Below, piece by piece: positions 24,895 through 32,000 of a DNA stretch of 32,000 bases. Where the stretch lies: contig JBMNIG010000007.1 of assembly GCA_050950785.1 (NCBI GenBank), positions 166,971 to 198,970 on the forward strand. Reading direction: 5' to 3'. This DNA comes from Eubacteriales bacterium (lineage in GTDB: Bacteria > Bacillota > Clostridia > Oscillospirales > JAAYOS01). A model generated the notes under the pieces. The model was not told the origin of the DNA. It did not search any database and saw nothing but the letters and a program-made list of their open reading frames with translations. Made by a program: the position numbers and the translations under genes. Position 1 is the first letter of the stretch, and every line of letters starts with the position of its first letter.

Positions 24895-25704
24895 TTATAT
24901 CGTTTTTCTTTTGCTTTCTTCGATTGCCTGATGCATATCGGTAAAGAAATCGCTATATCTCAAGGGTTTATCAGCGATCTTTGTGTATCCGGCTCTGAGT
25001 GAAAGCTCAATTTTCTTGTCCTTATACTCGATTGTTTCACCATTCCGACAAAGTACTTTATCGGCAATCCCTTCTGCAGCTCGCGAGTCTTCTAAGCCGG
25101 TAACAAGCGCAAATTCGTCTGCTCCGATCCTGAACATCAGCATATCATCTTCTCTTGCTTCATCTATTCTTTTTGCAGATTCGACTATGGCCAAGTCGCC
25201 AGCTTCCCTGGATATGCTGTTTATGTATGTGAGATTTACAATATCAAAACAAATTACATACGTTCCTGTCATGCTCTTAAACACGTCATATGCATCTGCG
25301 ATATCTACTTTTTTTCTAGCCATTTCCTGATCCTCTCCTTCAACATATTGATAATTGATCCTGGGGAAAATGCCGGAAAACTTCCACTGTCTTCTGTAAG
25401 CCGAGGGTGAAACATTCCAAACCTTTCGAAATGCTCTACAAAATGTCTCCGGTGAACTGAATTGATACTTATACGCAATTTCTGTAACAGTCAATTCGGT
25501 TCTTAATAGATCATCAGCTGCAAGTGAAATGCGCCTTTTGTTTATATACTCTTTGATGCTTCTGTGAAGAGCAAATCGAAATAATTTCTGCAAACTAGAG
25601 AGTGATACATAACAAAAATCCGCAATCATCTGAGAATTTATCTGATTGCATATATTCTCCTCTATGAAATTGATAGCGTCTGCCAGTACGAAGAAGTTTC
25701 TCAC
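24895..25704 (-). CDS. AraC-family HTH regulator fused to a C-terminal GGDEF-like domain (motif reads GADEF)
   Basis: The N-terminal AraC double HTH (FIEENICNQINSQMIADFCYVSLSSLQKLF...TVTEIAYKYQFSSPETFCRAFRKVWNVSPSAYRR) is followed by ICFDIVNLTYINSISREAGDLAI...REDDMLMFRIGADEFALV. I place the start at the GTG at 25704, which has AGGGGG 7 nt upstream. The track ORF start at 25848 would read through the upstream gene's terminator. Confidence 0.75.
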   Translation of the reverse strand: MRNFFVLADAINFIEENICNQINSQMIADFCYVSLSSLQKLFRFALHRSIKEYINKRRISLAADDLLRTELTVTEIAYKYQFSSPETFCRAFRKVWNVSPSAYRRQWKFSGIFPRINYQYVEGEDQEMARKKVDIADAYDVFKSMTGTYVICFDIVNLTYINSISREAGDLAIVESAKRIDEAREDDMLMFRIGADEFALVTGLEDSRAAEGIADKVLCRNGETIEYKDKKIELSLRAGYTKIADKPLRYSDFFTDMHQAIEESKRKTI

Positions 25705-25810
25705 ACATTCACCCCCTGCTATATTCAGTATACCAAAATCATGCAGCTTTTTCTTGACTTTTTGGGCATAAATATTGCTTGTTCGACACCCGAAAAGCGC
25801 TGAAAAAAGA

Positions 25811-25834
25811 AAATACCGTAGAAATACGGTATTT
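25811..25834 (-). terminator. intrinsic terminator after the lipoprotein gene
   Basis: AAATACCGTA (25811-25820) pairs with TACGGTATTT (25825-25834) in a 10-bp stem. On the minus strand it is followed by UCUUUUUUCA (25810-25801). Confidence 0.65.
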
Positions 25835-25841
25835 ATAATGC

Positions 25842-26915
25842 TTACCAACCAGATGGATATTTATGAAATTCGCCTCGCATAAGCTTCAATAATGCACACG
25901 GAAAATATTCATTAGGGGTCTCTGATGCGGCAATATTGTATCTGGTAACATCTTCTGCAATTTTAAGTGTGACAACTGTGTCGGTTCCATCGCATTCAGC
26001 GGAAAGAAAGCTTCTCATAGAATCGCCTTCACCGACATCCGGCATGACGAAATCCTCCGCCAATATTGTTTTGTGCATTGTAATAATGCAATTTCCATCC
26101 TCGAAGGCAATATTCATCTCGGGTATTGTTGAGGAGCCTGCCATGAATTCGCCTTCGTAGCCGGGCTGCCAGGAGAAAGTAAAAGCGATTTCATCAACTC
26201 CGAAGTTGATGCCGGTCAAGGCTTCCCGCCTGGAAACACCTATGGTAATACTTCTATCGATTGGCATGAAGTACTCCTCATTTGTGTTTCGGAAAAAATC
26301 CAGACCGTCGTGTTTCTCATAAAGCGAGTGAAAAACGTTCGGGAAGTATTGCGTTCCGTTAACAATTCCCTGCGTGAGGATCCAGACTTCTCTATTGATT
26401 CTGACGTCAAAGTCTACTGCATCTATGGCGGGGCAGATCATTTTTCTTTCACCTGTCAGACGATCAAACCACACAAAGCGTGACCATCGATACCGGCCTT
26501 CGTTGCTATCATACGTTCCGGGAGGGGTATATTGAACGACCGTTGTGTTTGAAAAATTGCGTATTTCAAGGACGTGGAAGCCTTCGCTTTCAAATATTGA
26601 GAGTATCTCCTCATCTTTATACCGCCTTCCGTTTTCCGGAGGGGGCAAATTTGAAAAGGGTTCCTGTTCTTCAGGCGATGGATTTGATTCCGGCGGTGGA
26701 GACAGTAATTGTGGCGACTGTGATGATGTAGTTTCCGCATGCTCCCCAGTTCCAACGTTGCGATTCGTTGAGTCGGAATGCTCCGGTAGATGCTGATTGT
26801 CCAGGTTGGCTGCAGAATCACTAGGATCTAGGGTGCTGTTATAATTATTTAGAGAACAGCCTGCTATTGTGATAATAACTGCTACTAGAATCAATAGTGT
26901 ATAATAGCGTTTCAT
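25842..26915 (-). CDS. lipoprotein of unknown function
   Basis: Signal peptide with lipobox MKRYYTLLILVAVIITIAGCS, then a Ser/Pro/Glu-rich linker and a globular domain of about 250 aa that I do not recognise. GGAGGTG SD is present. Confidence 0.7.
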   Translation of the reverse strand: MKRYYTLLILVAVIITIAGCSLNNYNSTLDPSDSAANLDNQHLPEHSDSTNRNVGTGEHAETTSSQSPQLLSPPPESNPSPEEQEPFSNLPPPENGRRYKDEEILSIFESEGFHVLEIRNFSNTTVVQYTPPGTYDSNEGRYRWSRFVWFDRLTGERKMICPAIDAVDFDVRINREVWILTQGIVNGTQYFPNVFHSLYEKHDGLDFFRNTNEEYFMPIDRSITIGVSRREALTGINFGVDEIAFTFSWQPGYEGEFMAGSSTIPEMNIAFEDGNCIITMHKTILAEDFVMPDVGEGDSMRSFLSAECDGTDTVVTLKIAEDVTRYNIAASETPNEYFPCALLKLMRGEFHKYPSGW

Positions 26916-27156
26916 ATAAGCACCTCCTTTTTACAATTAAGACTATGAAAAATACCTGCTACTGCACTACAAAATAACAGCCCTTACAGGATCACTGTTG
27001 TGCATGAGATCAAATCAAACACCTAGTTGTTTGCGAGCTAAATAGTTGACCAAGATTATCTGGTTTGCAATACACTTCGTAAATGAATAGCTGATAGTAA
27101 AATAACCGCTTCGCAAATGAAACGGTTACTTTTTCAATGTCAAGACTATGCTTACG

Positions 27157-28386
27157 TCACTTCCACAGCGCTTCTGCTGCAAAATGCTCGAACATCTGGG
27201 GCCAGCAGAACCAGTCATGGCTTGCTGTTGTGAAGTAGGTTTGGAACGGTATATTATTTTCCTTGAGTGCACGGATCGTAGGCGGCACACCGATTTCTCT
27301 TTCGTTGTAAGCGATATCCTCTTCGGCGCAGCCTATCAGTAACTTGACATTTTTCAGATGAGGATCGTCCAGAGTGTAGCCTTCATGTCCCGGGGCCATT
27401 CCGCCGCTAAATGCACCATAATAATCAAATACGCTGGCATGGTGCATATAAATGAAGAGTGTAGTCATGCTTCCCATGGATAAGCCACAGAATGCTCTCT
27501 TGTCCGGGGTGGTATATACCGGGAAGAGCTTCTCGATAAATGGTATTACACATTTGATCATATTCTGGGAGATCATCTCAAAGTCCCATTTATAGACGGA
27601 GTTGTTCATGGTAACAAGTATGGCTTCTTCCGTCTTTCCTTCGGAAATCAGATTATCCATGATATTAGCTATACCGCCCTGGTGGAACCAGTCTGCCTCG
27701 TTGCCACCGCCACCATGGGATACATATATCGTGCGGTAAACCTTATCACGGCTGTAATTACTGGGGAGGTATACTCCCAATGAGCGTGTATCACCATTGA
27801 TGTCTTTGTAAGATATGTATGAAACAGTGCCCGCCTTCTGGCGATCATTAATGGGCAACCATGAGTATTCCGTACAGTCACCAACAATTAGCTGAGAGTA
27901 GTGCTGGCTTCCGGTAACGGTGGGGATATCCGGAAGATTCTTTGGGTCGGCAACGATACTGCCCTTTTGCCCAGATCTAATTTTCTCAAAATGCTCTTTG
28001 ATGTTCAGCAGGCCCTTAACCTGACCGTCTTTTGTATAGACATTGCAGAAAGCGCTTTCAAAACCTTCAAATTTCTCGCAATACTCGGGATTGATGACAA
28101 AACCGTAGGTATATAGACCGGCGGGAAGTTTGAGTGTAAGTTCATACTGTTTTGCATCTTCATTCCATGTCATATCTTCAACATAAGCGCCGCCGATGTT
28201 ATCCATTCCGTCTTCATATTCATAGTAGGTATATTTGCGGTCACAGTCAACCATGCCGGTCTCGTCGGTGTGGCCTGTCAGGTTGCTCTTGTAAAAAAGA
28301 AATTCTCCGCGTACGGCAACACCCTTTACTTCACCGTCATAATCCTTCGGATCGAAAGTAATTTTTACGTCATAAAGTTTCTTCAT
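27157..28386 (-). CDS. esterase family protein (alpha/beta hydrolase, CE1/esterase-D-like) with an N-terminal Ig/CBM48-like domain
   Basis: VSHGGGGNEADW oxyanion region, nucleophile elbow GLSMGS, and a C-terminal His (SHDW). The N-terminal region of about 110 aa is a beta-sandwich-like segment. GGGGAG SD is present. Confidence 0.8.
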   Translation of the reverse strand: MKKLYDVKITFDPKDYDGEVKGVAVRGEFLFYKSNLTGHTDETGMVDCDRKYTYYEYEDGMDNIGGAYVEDMTWNEDAKQYELTLKLPAGLYTYGFVINPEYCEKFEGFESAFCNVYTKDGQVKGLLNIKEHFEKIRSGQKGSIVADPKNLPDIPTVTGSQHYSQLIVGDCTEYSWLPINDRQKAGTVSYISYKDINGDTRSLGVYLPSNYSRDKVYRTIYVSHGGGGNEADWFHQGGIANIMDNLISEGKTEEAILVTMNNSVYKWDFEMISQNMIKCVIPFIEKLFPVYTTPDKRAFCGLSMGSMTTLFIYMHHASVFDYYGAFSGGMAPGHEGYTLDDPHLKNVKLLIGCAEEDIAYNEREIGVPPTIRALKENNIPFQTYFTTASHDWFCWPQMFEHFAAEALWK

Positions 28387-28634
28387 GATTTTGCTCCCCT
28401 CTTTTGCTTATATGAAGTTTGGAATTAAGTACAAGTTTATCATAGACGATGGGATTCTGCAAAGGCAGTTTCCCGTTTGCTCATTATAAATCTATACTTA
28501 GATATCAGCTAATCGTTGAACGTACTAACCTCAAATATTCTCTCAGGTCATTTACTGCATTTCTGTGCTCTGGGGTAATTTCCACGATTTTTACCATTGT
28601 TCAGCCCCCTCCCTATACGGGATGTCCTATACTA

Positions 28635-28964
28635 TCAGTGTTTTCCGTCTATCCTGCATGCTGGATAATAATCATCGTCATCCAGACCTTTCGACATAAT
28701 ATCCGGATACCGCTCTCTATGCTTCTTTAGCCATGCGTTTGCGTATGAACAACTGGCAGAAGCTTTAAGGCCATGCTCTAGCAGATATTTCGCAACGACC
28801 TCCATCATTGAACCGGCAACGCCCTGACCTCTAAGGGCCGGATTTACATATGTGTGATCGATGTCGACCTCTCCATTGCCTTTGTTGACAAAAGTAGTCT
28901 CAGCCAGCAATTCATTATTCTCATCGACGCTGTATATACGGCCGCTTTCATATTTCCATTCCAT
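28635..28964 (-). CDS. small GNAT-like N-acetyltransferase (YjdJ-type single-domain)
   Basis: IDHTYVNPALRGQGVAGSMMEVVAKYLLEHGLKASASCSYANAWLKKH matches the pattern of short GNAT (Acetyltransf_CG-like) proteins. Size is 109 aa, and GGAGG SD is present. Confidence 0.75.
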   Translation of the reverse strand: MEWKYESGRIYSVDENNELLAETTFVNKGNGEVDIDHTYVNPALRGQGVAGSMMEVVAKYLLEHGLKASASCSYANAWLKKHRERYPDIMSKGLDDDDYYPACRIDGKH

Positions 28965-29376
28965 AGTTGACCTCCTGGTTCTTAAATATTTAGCATTTAG
29001 ACTCAGCGAAATAAGTTAAGTTAGATACGAAAATCTAATAGTATGATAACATGGTAAGAACATTATATAATTTGCCATTATAATATAATCCCAGTTCTCA
29101 TTATATAGTGTTGAATGCTGAAATGGAATAATGCATCAGAAATAAACTTTATCACGTAATTAGACATTTACAAAAATTGCTAATAAGAGCATAATATATA
29201 TACAGTAATCAAGTAGATATTTATCAAACATGCCAATGTATTTTAGATGAATTATGTTAAATGCCACTACCACTCCAGTGAAACAGCAGTCAACATCCGG
29301 AACCTTTTCGAAGTGTTAGCGCTATTTAGGGATGACCTTGTAATCATTCTATTGAAAGGTCTTGAGGTGAATTTAT

Positions 29377-30537
29377 ATGAAACGTAGCACAGTAGGTTCT
29401 ATTGTAGGAGCAATAGTGTTTTTGGTTGTGTTAAGCGGTGTCATATTATTCAGTACTGCGTTGAGTCGTTCATTTACGAATGCCGGTGCATATAGCCAGT
29501 TCGAGGCCTTGGCTGAAGGTGCGGTTATACTGGATGCGGGTACACTTGATGAAGAATATGATACGCCTTATGAGGATGCTATTGGGATGCCGGACGATGG
29601 ATCTGATGAGGATCCAAAAACGGATTCGGAACAAGAAGAGGAGCAGGGTTGTGAGGAGCCCAAAACTGACCTCAATGAGTCGATATCCGACGAGGCAACT
29701 GACCAGCCGATAGACGAGCCGATGGATGAGTCCGCGGATGAGCAAACGGATGAACTCGCGGAAGAGCCCAAGAGGGAAGAGGCAGACGGGTCAAATGATT
29801 CGCCTGCACAGGATGATATACCCGGACCAAGGCAGTATCCCCCTGAAAATGACGGTGATTTTTACTTTGCATTTTTTGATATTCGAACCGAAAACGATGT
29901 AAAGGCACAGGTTGAAGGGTTGATCTTAAGATTTGCAGGATCTATTGACTCTATCGATCCTGCGCTGCTGACGGATGTCGTTCTGACAAATGACGGCGTT
30001 GCTGTTGAAACTAGTTTGTCCCTGACCGCCAGGAAAGATCAGTATCAATTCCAATATAGGGATATTACCGATTTCTATTTTGCTTTCAATGATGATGTCG
30101 TCGAGCCGGGTATTTATGGTTTGACAGGCAGGTATAACGGTGAATGGTTCAAGGTATACAATAAAATTATTGAAGAATCAATCAGCGATACGCCGGCAGA
30201 TCCGTCCGAACTTAAAAATGTAGGTTGGTGTTTCTATCCCGGAAGAGATGAAAAACCGATAAGAGTCTCCGAGTTAGTTTTCGCATTTGATGGAAAGCAA
30301 AATAAGTTTTATCAGGATGATCTGACCGAGTTGGTCATAACGAGGAATGGTGAAGAGGTCCCATTTTCATTCATGGATCATGTTTTCAGATATTTCGAGT
30401 ACAGCGAGTGGAGCAATTCGGGAGATACCAGCTTTAATCTTGTTTTGAATCAAGAGTTCACTGAGTCCGGTACGTATGTGGCCAAAGGAGTATATAGGGG
30501 TGTTCCATTTACCTCTATGGAAATTACGATACCGTAA
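29377..30537 (+). CDS. membrane-anchored acidic protein of unknown function with two related C-terminal beta-rich modules
   Basis: N-terminal TM anchor VGSIVGAIVFLVVLSGVILFSTAL and a D/E-rich linker of about 110 aa. Two modules follow, ending PGIYGLTGRYNGEWFKVY and SGTYVAKGVYRGVPFTSMEI. GAGGTGA SD is present. Confidence 0.65.
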   Translation: MKRSTVGSIVGAIVFLVVLSGVILFSTALSRSFTNAGAYSQFEALAEGAVILDAGTLDEEYDTPYEDAIGMPDDGSDEDPKTDSEQEEEQGCEEPKTDLNESISDEATDQPIDEPMDESADEQTDELAEEPKREEADGSNDSPAQDDIPGPRQYPPENDGDFYFAFFDIRTENDVKAQVEGLILRFAGSIDSIDPALLTDVVLTNDGVAVETSLSLTARKDQYQFQYRDITDFYFAFNDDVVEPGIYGLTGRYNGEWFKVYNKIIEESISDTPADPSELKNVGWCFYPGRDEKPIRVSELVFAFDGKQNKFYQDDLTELVITRNGEEVPFSFMDHVFRYFEYSEWSNSGDTSFNLVLNQEFTESGTYVAKGVYRGVPFTSMEITIP

Positions 30538-30590
30538 TCGTCGTAATTAAAGCATACTAGCATAAACCAACCCCATTATCGATAACAAAA

Positions 30591-30619
30591 GATAACCCGT
30601 ACTTTTTGGTACGGGTATC
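30591..30619 (+). terminator. hairpin terminator after 29377-30537
   Basis: ACCCGTAC / GTACGGGT stem, extendable to GATA(A)CCCGTAC / GTACGGGTATC, with loop TTTTTG. A weak T tract follows. Confidence 0.5.
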
Positions 30620-30861
30620 ATTTATCTATACTACATAAAGAGTGCATAAACATTTCCTGCAGTGAGATAAATGTAGGTCAGCAAACGCTAGTATAACGAA
30701 GGATTTGATATTAAACCATACGATCAATATTTGGGGTAAAAGGTATCATCAATTCTCTTACAATTTTAATTGACATCTCGCAATAATGCAGTACAATTAT
30801 AATTGTCAAACGTTTTCATTGCGAAAAACATTGCAAAAAACATGGAGAAGGGTAGGATTAT

Positions 30862-32000
30862 ATGAATCAATTTGTTTTTGATCCCATTAAGCCGGTTGTC
30901 GACACGAAATTCGGTAAGCTTCGCGGCGTGACCTATGGCGACGTGAATATTTTCATGGGTGTCAAGTATGCGGAGGCGAAACGCTTCCATATGCCGGTAG
31001 AGCAGCAGTCCTGGGAAGGAGTTAAGAACGCCTATACATATGGACCCATCTCGATGCAAATGATGCCTCCCAACCCGCCCCCTTATTACAGAGGTCTACA
31101 TATGCTGCAAAAGCAAAGTGAAGACTGCCAGAACCTGAACATCTGGGCGCCGAAAACCATGAATGGAGAAAAGAAACCGGTACTCGTATGGATGCACGGC
31201 GGCGGGTACTTTGCGGGCAGCGCTCTTGAAGAGTACTCGTTTGACGGCTTCAATTTGGCGCATTATGGCGATATTGTTTTCGTTTCCGTCAACCATCGCC
31301 TGAACATCTTGGGGCATCTGAATCTGGCAGACTACGGCGAGGAGTTCAAGAACTCCGTGAATGTCGGTATAGCGGACCTAGTTGCCGCTCTTAAATGGAT
31401 CCATGAGAATATTGCAGCATTCGGTGGTGATCCTGAGAATGTGACTATCATCGGCCATTCCGGCGGCGGAAAAGTACAATGTATGTACCAAATCGAGGAG
31501 GCTGCACCTTACTTCCAGCGCGGTATTGTTCTGAGCGGTGCCGGCGGAATGGGAGGCTCGGATGAGGACAGCCGGAAGGGCGCGAAAGCCATTCTCGACG
31601 AGCTCGGCATCACAAAGGATAACATTGACAAGCTGTATGAGGTATCTTACAACGAATTAGCCGGTGCATACAGAAAGGTTGCACGTCCACTGGCCGAGGC
31701 CGGTGTCCGTCTGGGCTGGAGTCCGATAGCTGATGATTATTTCCCAGGTTTTCCGGGTGATGTCGGCTTCATGCCCTGGTCCAAAGATAAGCCCATCATT
31801 TACGGTACGACGCTTGGCGAATTCTCGAATGTGAACCTCACTGCCGAGGAGAAGGAAGCAATGACAGAGGCTGACAAAATAGCATTCCTCAAGGATAGAT
31901 ACGGCGAAGGTGCGGACCGCATGATGGAGCTATTCAGAAAGGCTTATCCGAAGCACGATATTCTTGATCTCGCATATATGGATTCCATGTTCCGCATCCC
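30862..32000 (+). CDS. carboxylesterase type B (para-nitrobenzyl esterase-like), 3' end outside the window
   Basis: It is not in the ORF track because there is no stop codon before the window end. The frame is open from the ATG at 30862 to 32000. Motifs present are EDCQNLNIWAP (EDCLxLN[IV]W), WMHGGGYFAGS, and the nucleophile elbow GHSGGG. Confidence 0.85.
   Translation, partial: MNQFVFDPIKPVVDTKFGKLRGVTYGDVNIFMGVKYAEAKRFHMPVEQQSWEGVKNAYTYGPISMQMMPPNPPPYYRGLHMLQKQSEDCQNLNIWAPKTMNGEKKPVLVWMHGGGYFAGSALEEYSFDGFNLAHYGDIVFVSVNHRLNILGHLNLADYGEEFKNSVNVGIADLVAALKWIHENIAAFGGDPENVTIIGHSGGGKVQCMYQIEEAAPYFQRGIVLSGAGGMGGSDEDSRKGAKAILDELGITKDNIDKLYEVSYNELAGAYRKVARPLAEAGVRLGWSPIADDYFPGFPGDVGFMPWSKDKPIIYGTTLGEFSNVNLTAEEKEAMTEADKIAFLKDRYGEGADRMMELFRKAYPKHDILDLAYMDSMFRI

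Noticed and set aside
25705-25848. N-terminal 48 aa of the track ORF for the AraC/GGDEF-like gene
   Set aside because: This extension would be translated across the upstream gene's intrinsic terminator (25811-25834) and an AT-rich promoter-like stretch. The GTG at 25704 with an AGGGGG SD gives a normal AraC-type N-terminus.
30766-31059. 97-aa minus-strand ORF, and 31096-31317
   Set aside because: They are antisense to the strongly supported type B carboxylesterase frame, which is open from 30862 to the window end.

Overview
This looks like a chromosomal segment from a Clostridia-class Firmicute. The evidence is Shine-Dalgarno-type RBSs, a T-box leader, a UPF0236/ISLre2-type transposase and the gene content. 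I support about 27 protein genes, mostly housekeeping or accessory metabolism. In window order they are: nitroreductase and a divergent HxlR regulator, a beta-lactamase-fold serine hydrolase, an ANT(6) aminoglycoside nucleotidyltransferase homolog, RsgA, one complete IS element, flavodoxin/MazG-like/HD-domain/Fe-alcohol dehydrogenase genes, an AAA+ ATPase with a DUF4143/PD-(D/E)xK-like C-terminus, a MetRS-family ligase behind a T-box, HAD/GNAT/radical SAM genes, a membrane-protein gene split by an in-frame TGA, tyrA, an RluA-family pseudouridine synthase, a GH2 glycosidase-MFS-AraC locus, a lipoprotein, two esterases and a small GNAT. I found no rRNA, tRNA, CRISPR array or prophage. Four non-coding or regulatory observations stand out. 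(1) A short SD-preceded ORF with 11 Tyr codons in 34 lies just upstream of tyrA, followed by a terminator and a competing antiterminator pairing. This is the layout of a classical ribosome-mediated attenuator, here apparently for tyrosine. (2) The T-box in front of the MetRS-family gene has, in my manual fold, CAG rather than AUG in the specifier slot. Its discriminator-pairing base predicts a G73 tRNA, which does not fit tRNA-Met. The enzyme also has a degenerate KMSKS motif (KASSS). (3) Six phased 23-bp direct-repeat units lie immediately upstream of the AAA+/nuclease-like gene. (4) That 1.7-kb ATPase module is bracketed by near-identical 35-nt (about 50 nt with gaps) direct repeats that contain a GC-rich hairpin. 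All functional calls come from motif recognition by eye; no database search was run.
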